Origin: Candidatus Omnitrophota bacterium
GTDB taxonomy: Bacteria; Omnitrophota; Gorgyraeia; Gygaellales; Profunditerraquicolaceae
Direction: 5' to 3'
NCBI GenBank assembly: GCA_963805065.1
Contig: CAWDSS010000010.1
Coordinates: 83,696 to 147,695, forward strand
Length of the DNA stretch: 64,000 nt
The position numbers and the translations under genes are program-made. The notes beneath the pieces are model-generated. The model was not told where the DNA came from and did no database searches. It worked only from the letters and a program-made list of their open reading frames with translations. Below are positions 9,753-19,038 of this stretch, piece after piece. Each line of letters begins with the position of its first letter. Position 1 is the first letter of the stretch.

Positions 9753-10519
9753 TAGATCTCCTTATAGCTGGTAATCGTCGAAGTCGCGGCATTGTAGGTT
9801 GCCTGTATCGATCTAGACAAAGTTGAACCTGTTGTCTGCCCCTTAGAAGTAACCGTAAAATTATTGTTGCTTAACGCAGGATAAATTTGTAACGCCTGGC
9901 TTGACCCGTCTGTCATAGTAAAGGTAACATTAACCGTAGCCCCTGTCATGCTGCCGCTGAAACGTAAAGTGTTGTTGCTATAACTAGTGGGGGTCGTGTT
10001 AAGCGTAAAGTGGGTGATGTTAAATGTGTTCCCCGACGTTCCGCCTCCAGTGTTCCACACTGCGGTATTATTAAGATAAATACTTGATAAGGTCCTGCCA
10101 CTCACCCCGCTCCAGGAAACAGTCATACTCGCAATGATTATGGTATTAGAGTTAGTGGCATTCTGTATAGTCCAGCCTCCGACTCTTTGATTAGTACTCT
10201 GCAATACCGATGCAGAAGTATTTACCATCAGTAAGTTCGCAGAGGTTGCGCTTAAAACAAAATAGTTATTGGCATCAATATTAGTCTGACCTAAGGTAAA
10301 ATAACCATTAGCAGTCAAGTTATGGTTGCGAAAAACGTAAATTGCATCGTGTATACCTGCCTGAGCCAGATATATCGTCTGGAGGAACACCGCTTCAGTC
10401 GGTTGTTCATAAAGCCGCTGCGCAATGAATCTCACTACGCCTAAAACCGCTATAGTGGCAAAAACTATAAGCATTATAGCGGCAATCAGAGCTATACCCT
10501 TACGGTTTGAAAAACGCAC
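9752..10519 (-). CDS. pilin-like protein lacking the conserved Glu5 (GspK/PilX-like)
   Basis: 255 aa. N-terminus RKGIALIAAIMLIVFATIAVLG. Thr/Ser/Asn-rich C-terminal part. Lies inside the pilin gene block. Confidence 0.55.
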   Translation of the reverse strand: MRFSNRKGIALIAAIMLIVFATIAVLGVVRFIAQRLYEQPTEAVFLQTIYLAQAGIHDAIYVFRNHNLTANGYFTLGQTNIDANNYFVLSATSANLLMVNTSASVLQSTNQRVGGWTIQNATNSNTIIIASMTVSWSGVSGRTLSSIYLNNTAVWNTGGGTSGNTFNITHFTLNTTPTSYSNNTLRFSGSMTGATVNVTFTMTDGSSQALQIYPALSNNNFTVTSKGQTTGSTLSRSIQATYNAATSTITSYKEI

Positions 10520-10521
10520 TA

Positions 10522-10890
10522 TTATTGGAATGTTCCGGTCGCAGCAGTATAAGTATAAGTTGTACCGGCCGGTCCAGTATAAGTAGTAGCAGTGGCCTTA
10601 GTCCATTGTGAGGTTACTCCGCCTTGCTGCAGGACGGTAACAAAACATGGATTTGTAATTGAGCAAGCGGTTGCATTCGCTACTGAATCTAGGGTTGCCG
10701 GATAAGCTTTATTCTGGGCATAATAAGTCGTGATGCCTCCGCGCACGCCGCCGACCACGCCTTGTTCCGCAGCTGTATTGGCCTGTGCAGCTAGATTAAA
10801 GTATTGCGGCACAGCCACCACTGCTAAAATGCCTAAAATAATTATAACCATGATTAGTTCAATTAACGTAAAACCAGCATTTTGTCTCAC
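10522..10890 (-). CDS. major pilin / pseudopilin (copy 2)
   Basis: MRQNAGFTLIELIMVIIILGILAVVAVPQYFNL prepilin signal; 122 aa. Tandem paralog of 10925-11290. Confidence 0.85.
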   Translation of the reverse strand: MRQNAGFTLIELIMVIIILGILAVVAVPQYFNLAAQANTAAEQGVVGGVRGGITTYYAQNKAYPATLDSVANATACSITNPCFVTVLQQGGVTSQWTKATATTYTGPAGTTYTYTAATGTFQ

Positions 10891-10924
10891 ATAATCCTCC
10901 TTTCACGGTTTAAAAAACGCACTA

Positions 10925-11290
10925 TTATTGGAATGCTCCTGTCGCAGCAGTATAAGTATAAGTTGTACCGGCCGGTCCAGTATAAGTAGTAGCGCTGGCC
11001 TTAGTCCATTGTGAAGTTATTCCACCTTGCTGCAGGACGGTGCTAAAACAGGCATTTGCAGCTGAGCAAGCGGCATTCGTTGCTGAATCCAGTGTTGCCG
11101 GATAAGCTCTATTCTGGGCAAAATAAGTCAAGATGCCTGCGCGCACGCCGCCGACCACGCCTTGTTCCGCAGCTGTATTGGCAGAAACAGATAGATTAAA
11201 GTATTGCGGCACAGCCACCACTGCTAAAATGCCTAAAATAACTATAACCATGATTAGTTCAACTAACGTAAAACCAGCATTTTGTCTCAT
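10925..11290 (-). CDS. major pilin / pseudopilin (copy 1)
   Basis: MRQNAGFTLVELIMVIVILGILAVVAVPQYFNL; 121 aa. First pilin gene after pilC. Confidence 0.85.
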   Translation of the reverse strand: MRQNAGFTLVELIMVIVILGILAVVAVPQYFNLSVSANTAAEQGVVGGVRAGILTYFAQNRAYPATLDSATNAACSAANACFSTVLQQGGITSQWTKASATTYTGPAGTTYTYTAATGAFQ

Positions 11291-11369
11291 GTAATTCCCC
11301 CTTCTCTATTTTTTTAAGTACGCTTTTTTCTAAAAATACCACGGTATTATTACCCTGCATCACCTCCTT

Positions 11370-12590
11370 TTATTTTTTAAAAAGCGACATAAGGTTCCAC
11401 ATCGGTAAAAATATACCTAACGCCATAAGCAATACCCCGCAGCCCAAAACAAAGATCAGGATGGGCTCAATCAGAGAAACCATATTACTAATGGTGTAAT
11501 CAACCTGTTCGTCGTAATAATCCGCAACGTGTAAGAGTAATTCGTTCAACTTACCGGTTTCTTCTCCGGCTGCAACCATCTGAATTACTATCGGAGGGAA
11601 TATCCCGCTTTCTTTCATAGGTATAAGCATTCCCTTACCCTGATTAACACTTACCTTTATTTGATTTATAACCCGTGAGATCACCACATTCCCAGCGCCT
11701 TCAGCAGCAAGATCAAGAACCTGAAGTATAGAAACCCCGCTTGCCAAAAGTATAGCGACGATCCTGCAAAAACGCGAGAGGATCAACTTTAAAATCAATG
11801 GCCCGAGTACAGGAATTTTTAACTTCAAGGCATCCCATCTTAATCTTCCTTTATCTGTTTGGATAGTCCTCGAAAATCCAAAAACTGCTATTATGGCCAC
11901 CATTATAATCAACCACCAGAATTTTGCAAACACAAAATGCGTACCTATGAGGATACGGGTGGGCAAAGGAAGCTGAACTTTAAACTGGCTAAAAATCCTG
12001 GCAAAACGTGGTATTACAAAGGTTGTGAGGATTATAAAACCCAAACTCAGGGCTGAGATTACGATTAAAGGGTAGCGTGTGGCGGATTTTATACGTAGCC
12101 GAATATGTTCATCGTATTCACCCAATACCACTAATCTCTCTAAAATCTCACTTAAGCGGCCGGAGGTCTCCCCGATCTTAACCATATTTGTATACATCTT
12201 ATTAAATATCTGAGGGTATTTCTCCAGTGCAACCGAAAGGCTTAAGCCCTCTTCTATATCAATGCGTATCTGGCCGATTACCTTTTTTAAAAACGGGTTT
12301 CTCGCCTGTTCTTTAAGTGCAAACATAGCAGAAAGAATAGGAATCCCTGCTTTTTGCAGCGTGCAAAACTGCCGTGTAAAAGAATTTATTTCGGAAAATG
12401 GGACTTTTATCCAGACAGAAGCCTTATCATATTTTGTTCTTGCAACCGCTTCTTCCCTGGGTATGATAGAAATAGGGATGTATCCCTGGCTTTTGAGCTT
12501 CAATGCTACCAGGTCTATGGAACTGGCGCTAATCACGCCGTTTATCGGCTTACTAAATTTATCCCTTGCCTTATATTGAAAAAACCCCAT
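11370..12590 (-). CDS. pilC: type IV pilus / T2SS platform protein (PilC/GspF)
   Basis: 406 aa with three TM segments and a duplicated GspF-type cytoplasmic domain. Adjacent to the PilB ATPase. Confidence 0.9.
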   Translation of the reverse strand: MGFFQYKARDKFSKPINGVISASSIDLVALKLKSQGYIPISIIPREEAVARTKYDKASVWIKVPFSEINSFTRQFCTLQKAGIPILSAMFALKEQARNPFLKKVIGQIRIDIEEGLSLSVALEKYPQIFNKMYTNMVKIGETSGRLSEILERLVVLGEYDEHIRLRIKSATRYPLIVISALSLGFIILTTFVIPRFARIFSQFKVQLPLPTRILIGTHFVFAKFWWLIIMVAIIAVFGFSRTIQTDKGRLRWDALKLKIPVLGPLILKLILSRFCRIVAILLASGVSILQVLDLAAEGAGNVVISRVINQIKVSVNQGKGMLIPMKESGIFPPIVIQMVAAGEETGKLNELLLHVADYYDEQVDYTISNMVSLIEPILIFVLGCGVLLMALGIFLPMWNLMSLFKK

Positions 12591-12592
12591 CT

Positions 12593-14260
12593 TTATTCTA
12601 TCTCCGCTACCCTAATCACCTCATCAGGGGTAATTAGGCCTTGTTGCACTTTAACAACACCATCCTGGCGCAGGGTCTTCATCCCCAAGGAGACGGCCGC
12701 CTTCTTGATTTCATCCGCAGAGTTCTTTGCGTCTACCATTTTACGGATATCCTCGCTAAGAATCAATAATTCAAATATCCCTGTCCGGCCGACAAAACCA
12801 GTATTCTTGCACGCCGGGCAGCCGCGGCCGTGAAAATAATTACCGTCTTTTGGAAGGCCGAGGTTGTTAAGTATATCGGCTTGCGGCGTATATTTTTCCT
12901 TGCACTTTATGCAAATCAGGCGCACTAGACGCTGGGCAAGTATACCTATAAGAGAACTCGAGACTAAAAACGGTTCTACTTCCATATCGATTAAACGCGT
13001 TAAAGCAGAAGGCGCATCGTTGGTGTGCAGGGTAGAAAATACCAAGTGTCCGGTAAGCGAGGCCTGCATCGCTATCTCTGCGGTTTCCTTATCGCGGATT
13101 TCTCCGACCATGATAATATCGGGGTCCTGACGCAAGATATTACGCAAACCATTGGCAAAGGTAATTCCCGCCTTGGGGTTGACAGGGGTTTGTCTAATCA
13201 AACGTAATTCATACTCCACCGGATCCTCGATGGTGATAATATTTTTTTCCATTGAGCTGACGCTGGTAAGCGTAGCATAAAGAGTGGTGGTCTTCCCGCT
13301 TCCGGTAGGCCCGGTAACCAGAATTATACCGTTAGGCCGGCGGATTAATTTATTAAAACCAATCAAACACTCCTCTAAGAATCCTAGCTCTTTTAAGCCC
13401 AGTAAAACGGAAGTTTTGTCCAAGAGACGCAATACTACATTCTCGCCGTAAATAGTAGGAAAGGTAGAAACGCGGATATCAAGCTCTTTATTTTCCAGCT
13501 TCATATTAATCCTGCCATCCTGGGCACTGCGTGTTTCTGCGATATCCATACTGGCTAAAACTTTGACCCGAGAAATAACGCTATCCTGTAGATTTTTAGG
13601 AATAAGGCTTACTTCTTGCAGTAAGCCGTCGATACGGTAACGGATCCTTACATTCTGCTGCTCCGGCTCAATGTGGACATCCGAAGCCCTGCTTCTTACT
13701 GCCTCCGCAATGAAAGAATCAATCAATTTGATAATTGGCGGTTCATCAGCAGACTCTACTAATCCCGGATGCTTGCCTTTCTTACTGTCTTCTCCTATCA
13801 ACTGCGCTATCTTAGTAGCAGCGCTCTGTGGGTTGTAGTAGTTATCCAATGCCTTATCCATATTTTTTTCGCTAACCAATATTACATCGATATGCGCGTC
13901 AGAAATCAAACGACGAATATGATCCATGGCTACTATATCAGAAGGGTTAACCATGCCTATGTTAACAGTGTCACCGATTTTAAAAAGAGGAAGCACTTTA
14001 TATTTTCTGGCAATACTTTCCGGGAGTAATTTAACCAAAGATGTCTCAATTTGGCAACCTTCCAAATCCAAACACGGAATCCCCAATGCATCTGCCCGTG
14101 CCCTTACGATATCTTCTTCTGTAATAAAGCCCAACTTGCCTAATACCTTCTCAATAGAAAGACCGGTGCGCTTTATTTCATTCTTAGCCTGCTCAGCCTG
14201 CTCTGGAGTAATCAGACCCTGTTTTAATAATACCTCTATTGTCTCTAAACGCTTTGTCAT
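12593..14260 (-). CDS. pilB: type IV pilus / T2SS assembly ATPase (PilB/GspE)
   Basis: 555 aa. Walker A GPTGSGKTT. Tetracysteine motif CIKC...CPAC. N-terminal GspE_N-like domain. Confidence 0.95.
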   Translation of the reverse strand: MTKRLETIEVLLKQGLITPEQAEQAKNEIKRTGLSIEKVLGKLGFITEEDIVRARADALGIPCLDLEGCQIETSLVKLLPESIARKYKVLPLFKIGDTVNIGMVNPSDIVAMDHIRRLISDAHIDVILVSEKNMDKALDNYYNPQSAATKIAQLIGEDSKKGKHPGLVESADEPPIIKLIDSFIAEAVRSRASDVHIEPEQQNVRIRYRIDGLLQEVSLIPKNLQDSVISRVKVLASMDIAETRSAQDGRINMKLENKELDIRVSTFPTIYGENVVLRLLDKTSVLLGLKELGFLEECLIGFNKLIRRPNGIILVTGPTGSGKTTTLYATLTSVSSMEKNIITIEDPVEYELRLIRQTPVNPKAGITFANGLRNILRQDPDIIMVGEIRDKETAEIAMQASLTGHLVFSTLHTNDAPSALTRLIDMEVEPFLVSSSLIGILAQRLVRLICIKCKEKYTPQADILNNLGLPKDGNYFHGRGCPACKNTGFVGRTGIFELLILSEDIRKMVDAKNSADEIKKAAVSLGMKTLRQDGVVKVQQGLITPDEVIRVAEIE

Positions 14261-14281
14261 TACTGATTCTCCTTTTCCCGA

Positions 14282-14650
14282 TTAATTTAGCAGCTCCTTA
14301 ATCTTACCAAGGAGCTCCTGCGGATCAAAAGGCTTAGTAATATAGCTATCCGCGTCAACCTCTTTGCCTATTTCTTTGTCTGATTTCTGGGCCCGTGCAG
14401 TAAAAAGGATGATCGGGATATGCTTGTATTTTTCATCGAATTTCAGCATCCGGCAGACCTTAAATCCGTCTATTTTGGGAAGCATCAAGTCTAAAATGAT
14501 TAAATCCGGCTTTTCTCTGCGCACTTTGTCTAATGCCTCCTGCCCGTCGTAAGCCAGCAAAACCTCAAAATTATTCGCCTCTAGCTGTAAGGTTATTGCG
14601 TAGGCCAGGTCCTTTTCATCATCTACGAGGAGTATTCTTTTTTTATTCAT
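14282..14650 (-). CDS. single-domain response regulator (CheY-like receiver)
   Basis: 122 aa. LLVDDE...[10 protein letters not shown]...K receiver signature. Confidence 0.9.
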   Translation of the reverse strand: MNKKRILLVDDEKDLAYAITLQLEANNFEVLLAYDGQEALDKVRREKPDLIILDLMLPKIDGFKVCRMLKFDEKYKHIPIILFTARAQKSDKEIGKEVDADSYITKPFDPQELLGKIKELLN

Positions 14651-16583
14651 AATATAATTTTAATTCCTCAATAAGGATTTTTTTATCTTGGCTTTTTAGG
14701 CCAATAAATTCTAAGCCTATTTTGTACCTATTAGCCTTTTCGTTACTTAGTTGCTCCATCTCTTTTATCCAACACACCCGCGCTGCCGTAGAAATAAGTG
14801 TTTTCTTCCTTAAAAGCCTAAATTTAATTTCTACCTTCATATCTGTATTTAAAAGTTTGCTGCTTGCGTAACAAACTCCCCCCTCGGAAATATCTATAGT
14901 CTGGCATGAATCTGCTGTTTTATCGGGAAGCGTAACTTCAATGTCAGTTTGGTAATTAATCCTTTTATAGCAGCGCATCTCGGCGCCGATATATATTTCC
15001 TTAATTTTTAGATTTTCCGGGTATTGATCCGGATAGGCTTTGGGCTTAACCTTAGAAGAATAAGAAGAAACCCCCAAGGCGATAAAAACCTCTTCTATTT
15101 TATTCTTAGTAAGATAGTTCTTTGCCCTATCCTTAACTAGCTCACAGAATTTGGCTACCAATTCTTCTGCCGCTTCAGCGAAGATAACGCTGCATTTTCC
15201 TTTCTGTATATCTGCCAGCACTATCGAGCTCTTTTGTTTCTTGGGTCCAAAAACCTCCCTGCCTGTTGCATTTATGATCTCCTCAAAATCCTCAAATAAT
15301 TTATGGGCTTCTACAGTAATTCTCTTCTGGAATTCGTTATAATTAACAATTAAAAAGTTAATTAAATAGGCAGAAATTCCCTTCTTTAAAAGACGAATTA
15401 TCTTATCCTGGATGGATTTTCCCAATATTTTTGCCGTGTAAGACAGGGGCAGAGTAAAATAAAACCTGCTGCCCACCCCAAGTTCTGACTCAACCCAAAT
15501 TTCACCGCCATGCCTTTCGACTAACTCTTTGCTAATAGAAAGACCCAGGCCTATTCCTTTCTTTTCTGCCCCGGCCAAACGGGAGACCTGCACAAATCTT
15601 CCGAATAATTTGGGCAAATCTGATTTGGCGATGCCGATACCCGTATCTATCACTCCTACCCTGACTTTATCACCTAAAATCCTCACCTCTACTTTGATTT
15701 TACCATTCTCTTCTGTAAATTTGATTGCATTATTGATTAGGTTGGAAATAACCTGCACTATTCTTTCCGCATCTATAAAGATATTAACTTTCTCTTGAGG
15801 CAAATGGTAACTTAAATCTACGCCTTTTTCTGCGGCTAATTTTCTGAAAAACTCCTCCGACTCCTTGATCAAATCATTGAGATTAACTAAAGAATAATCT
15901 AATTTTAGCCTCTTGCCCTCAATCCGGGATATATCCAATAATTCATCTATGATATTTTTCAGGCGTTCCGTATTGCTTCTTGCCTTTACCAGAATTTCTC
16001 TTTGTTTATCGTTTAGGGGGCCAGCTGTCTCTTCAAAAATAACCGTAAGGAGCTGTTTAATTACTGCTAAAGGAGTCCTTAATTCATGAGAGACGGCAGA
16101 GATAAATTCAGACTTAATTTTATTTAGTTCTTCCAGCGCCTCTAATTTCTTTTCTATGCTTAGCCTTTTTTCTTTTAAACGCTCAAACTGCATCCGGTGG
16201 GTAATATCCCTGGTAATGCCTATTATGCCGATCACTTTCCCCTTAGAATCAAAATGAGGTATCTTGGTGGTTGAAACATAATTATCAACGCCGTCCGGAC
16301 GAGTAGCCCTCTCAATTTTATCAATTAAAGGCCTGCCGGTTTTCATTACCCACAAATCATCCTTGGCCATCCGTTCCGCCCGTTTTTTGGGAAATAGATC
16401 AAAATCAGTCTTACCCACCACATTTTGCGGTTTAAGGCTTAATCCCTTGGCATGGGACTGATTAACCATAATCAGCCTGCCTTTTGTATCTTTAAAATAA
16501 ACTACATCCGGTATATGGTCTATAAAATAACTAAGGAGTTTATATCTATACGCTATACCTTTAGGCTTCATTGATCCTTTCAT
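14643..16583 (-). CDS. PAS sensor histidine kinase with C-terminal PilZ domain
   Basis: 646 aa. N-terminal PAS domain, HisKA H-box SHELRTPL, HATPase_c ([14 protein letters not shown]). The C-terminal ~110 aa carry PilZ motifs RCYKR (RxxxR) and DISEGG (DxSxxG). Confidence 0.85.
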   Translation of the reverse strand: MKGSMKPKGIAYRYKLLSYFIDHIPDVVYFKDTKGRLIMVNQSHAKGLSLKPQNVVGKTDFDLFPKKRAERMAKDDLWVMKTGRPLIDKIERATRPDGVDNYVSTTKIPHFDSKGKVIGIIGITRDITHRMQFERLKEKRLSIEKKLEALEELNKIKSEFISAVSHELRTPLAVIKQLLTVIFEETAGPLNDKQREILVKARSNTERLKNIIDELLDISRIEGKRLKLDYSLVNLNDLIKESEEFFRKLAAEKGVDLSYHLPQEKVNIFIDAERIVQVISNLINNAIKFTEENGKIKVEVRILGDKVRVGVIDTGIGIAKSDLPKLFGRFVQVSRLAGAEKKGIGLGLSISKELVERHGGEIWVESELGVGSRFYFTLPLSYTAKILGKSIQDKIIRLLKKGISAYLINFLIVNYNEFQKRITVEAHKLFEDFEEIINATGREVFGPKKQKSSIVLADIQKGKCSVIFAEAAEELVAKFCELVKDRAKNYLTKNKIEEVFIALGVSSYSSKVKPKAYPDQYPENLKIKEIYIGAEMRCYKRINYQTDIEVTLPDKTADSCQTIDISEGGVCYASSKLLNTDMKVEIKFRLLRKKTLISTAARVCWIKEMEQLSNEKANRYKIGLEFIGLKSQDKKILIEELKLYYE

Positions 16584-16829
16584 TTAACCTAATAACTCCC
16601 TTACATTACCGTTTAAAGTATCCCGGATTAATCTTAAAGAGTACCCTTGAGTGATCATCTTTTTTATCTTAGGCAGCCTTTCCCTAATCTCTCCTTCTTC
16701 ATAAAGCCTCTTATTGCCCTTTTTATCAACTATCGTAAAAAGCCCTAGGTTCGTATAATTCGTTAGCGTGGGATAAGTAATGCCAAATTTGTCTATGATT
16801 TCTTTGGAACGGATTAATTTTTTCGCCAT
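16584..16829 (-). CDS. MerR-family HTH DNA-binding protein
   Basis: 81 aa. The stretch FGITYPTLTNYTNLGLF...KGNKRLYEEGEI...GYSLRLI fits the MerR N-terminal winged helix. Confidence 0.6.
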   Translation of the reverse strand: MAKKLIRSKEIIDKFGITYPTLTNYTNLGLFTIVDKKGNKRLYEEGEIRERLPKIKKMITQGYSLRLIRDTLNGNVRELLG

Positions 16830-16862
16830 GCTTTCGCTCCTCTTCGGGAAAAATTTACTTAT

Positions 16863-16884
16863 ACTTAATGTAAGTGCATTAAGT
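16863..16884. promoter_or_regulatory. 8-bp perfect inverted repeat ACTTAATG-6-CATTAAGT (candidate operator)
   Basis: Lies ~35 nt upstream of the MerR-like gene start, so it is plausibly an autoregulatory site. Confidence 0.35.
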
Positions 16885-16959
16885 GATTAATGTTGACTAA
16901 GTTTAACACATACATCACTTTTGTCAAGCCAAATCTTGGATTTCTTCTACCCCTAGGAC

Positions 16960-16996
16960 ATAAAAATAGCGCTGATCCTGTTTAAAAATCAGCGCT
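16960..16996 (-). terminator. Rho-independent terminator
   Basis: On the minus strand: AGCGCTGAT-11 nt-ATCAGCGCT followed by ATTTTTAT. Lies 70 nt after the stop of the receiver gene 17067-17438. Confidence 0.65.
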
Positions 16997-17015
16997 ATAT
17001 ATTACTGCCTATTTT

Positions 17016-17053
17016 CCTATTTCTTTATCTGATTTCTGGGCCCGTGCAGTAAA
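17016..17053. repeat. 38-nt fragment of receiver gene 14282-14650 (matches 14367-14404, 1 mismatch)
   Basis: CCTATTTCTTTATCTGATTTCTGGGCCCGTGCAGTAAA versus CCTATTTCTTTGTCTGATTTCTGGGCCCGTGCAGTAAA. Confidence 0.8.
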
Positions 17054-17066
17054 TCAGCATGCGGCA

Positions 17067-17438
17067 TTACGATTCTTTTAATAATTCTTTAATTTTTTCA
17101 AGCAAAAATTGCTTGTTGAACGACTTGGTGATATAGGCGTCGGCTCCGACTTCCTGGCCTAACTCCATATCGGATTCATTAGCACGCCCGCTGAAAATAA
17201 TTATGGGAATACTGCTGTATTGCGCATCTTTCTTTAGCAAGGCGCACACTTTTAAACCATCAATTTTAGGAAGCATTGAATCTATTATAATGAGATCCAG
17301 TTTTTCCTTCCTCGCCTTTTCTAGGCCTTCCTGTCCGTCATAAGCAGTTAAAACCTCATAGTCATTTGCTTCTAACAACATCTTTACTAACTCGACAATT
17401 TGCGGCTCATCGTCTACCAATAATATCTTTTTCTTCAT
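17067..17438 (-). CDS. single-domain response regulator (paralog of 14282-14650)
   Basis: 123 aa. LLVDDEPQ...DLIIIDSMLP...K receiver signature. Confidence 0.9.
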   Translation of the reverse strand: MKKKILLVDDEPQIVELVKMLLEANDYEVLTAYDGQEGLEKARKEKLDLIIIDSMLPKIDGLKVCALLKKDAQYSSIPIIIFSGRANESDMELGQEVGADAYITKSFNKQFLLEKIKELLKES

Positions 17439-17602
17439 AGGAAAACTTGGGTCAACTTCTGAAAATGTTGCCTCATCAAAATGGCCTTTCTTGTGAGCAA
17501 CTTGAGTAATATTATACTCTTTTCCATATCGATATCAACAACAAAGAGCGGGAGAGTTTTTTTGGTGTTGATATCCGTAACAGTGGTATTCAGAGATGTA
17601 TT

Positions 17603-18255
17603 TTAAAGCTCATTTTCCCTGGTAAATCGGGCACCCATTTCAAAGGCTTTTTGGCAATCCTTAGGGAATATCTCTTGTCGTCTTTTTAATTTCTCTTCAG
17701 GGTTAAATCTGGACGCAACCACTTTAGAATAATCTTCAAACTGATATGTGTCGAAACTTAAAAGCTTCTCGCTTGAACCGAAGATCCTTGTAAGGAGCCG
17801 ATCCATACTTGCGAAACGCTGGTTGTAACCGAATTCATTCATCAGTTCTTCGGTGAGACCCATTGTATAAATAAATCCCACGGGGATCTTTTTAGGAAAA
17901 AGAGACTCGGGGGATCGGTATAAGTCAGATAAGGAAATACTAACCGCTCCAGAAATGACTGCATCTCTCCGGTAATATTTCCTAGATAAATTGGTGAACC
18001 GAAAATAAGAGCATCGCTTGTCTCAATTTTCTTAAAAATCGGCTTCAGATCGTCTCTCACCACGCACCTACCATAGCTTTTGCCTCCTTTTTCTTTGCAG
18101 GCAAAGCAGCTGATGCATCCTTTATAGTTTAAATCATATAGATGTATAAGCTCGGTTTTAGCTCCTTGTGATGATGCGCCTTCAAGAGCTTTTTTAAGCA
18201 GCGTTGCCGTATTCCATTCTTTCCTCGGACTGCCATTAAATGCGATAATTTTCAT
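17603..18255 (-). pseudogene. flavodoxin-fold Fe-S flavoprotein split by a -1 frameshift
   Basis: Track ORFs 17842-18255 and 17603-17881 are the N- and C-terminal parts of one protein. Adding one C to the C5 run (G5 on plus strand, 17909-17913) restores ...YTDPPESLFPKKIPVGFIYTMGLTEE... Confidence 0.75.
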
Positions 18256-18300
18256 TAGAATATACCTCCCATCTTCCTCCGATGTTCATCGCTGTCTCAT

Positions 18301-18963
18301 TCATATCTTTATGTTTAGATCAGAGAATAAAAATATTTTCCCGTGACCAGGATAAACTTTTTTAATGTTCAATTTCCTCAATTTCTCAATACTATTTTTA
18401 AGCTCCTGAAAATTATCGACAAATATCGCGATATCGGGTTTTTTTGAGTTAACCAATGTATCTCCAGCAAACAAATCGCCTTCTTCGGTTAAAATCCCGA
18501 TAGAGCCTTTTGTATGTCCCGGCAAATGAATAATTTTTGCGCTGAATCCGTACTCCTCTAAATCCTTTCCGTCTTTCAGTAATATATCCGGTTTGAACTT
18601 CTGCAAACTTATCTTTTGTCTTCGTAATCTCGAAAGTAGAATGAGAATTTTTCCGGCTAAGGTTCTTACTTTACGCTTCAGGAATACACCGTCTTCTGCC
18701 ATAAAGGCATCGGCCTCGTGCATTGCTATCTTAGCTTTATATTTTTCCTGCAATTTCGCACAATTACCTATATGATCGCGATCTCCATGAGTTATAATGA
18801 CAAGCTTCAATTGAGAAGGAAGGCAACCCATAGTTACTAATTCCGCCTCCAATCTTTCCCAGTGATAAGGCATACCTGTATCAATCAAAACAAAGCCATC
18901 TTTTGCCTTAACCAGAAAGGCGTTGACAAAATCCAGCCCAATAATTTTAATTTTATCATTCAT
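18301..18963 (-). CDS. MBL-fold metallo-hydrolase
   Basis: 220 aa. THGDRDHIG (variant of HxHxDH) and a later HLPGHTKGS. Confidence 0.8.
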   Translation of the reverse strand: MNDKIKIIGLDFVNAFLVKAKDGFVLIDTGMPYHWERLEAELVTMGCLPSQLKLVIITHGDRDHIGNCAKLQEKYKAKIAMHEADAFMAEDGVFLKRKVRTLAGKILILLSRLRRQKISLQKFKPDILLKDGKDLEEYGFSAKIIHLPGHTKGSIGILTEEGDLFAGDTLVNSKKPDIAIFVDNFQELKNSIEKLRKLNIKKVYPGHGKIFLFSDLNIKI

Positions 18964-19038
18964 ATAACCACCCTTTTAGCATCTCTTCAACTTTTCTTCC
19001 CGCTATTATTATATCTAGGATTGTCAAATTCTCTCCTT

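Noticed and set aside
17603-18255. Annotating 17842-18255 and 17603-17881 as two separate genes
   Set aside because: The two products are the N- and C-terminal halves of one flavodoxin-fold protein, and they are joined by correcting a single base in a homopolymer.
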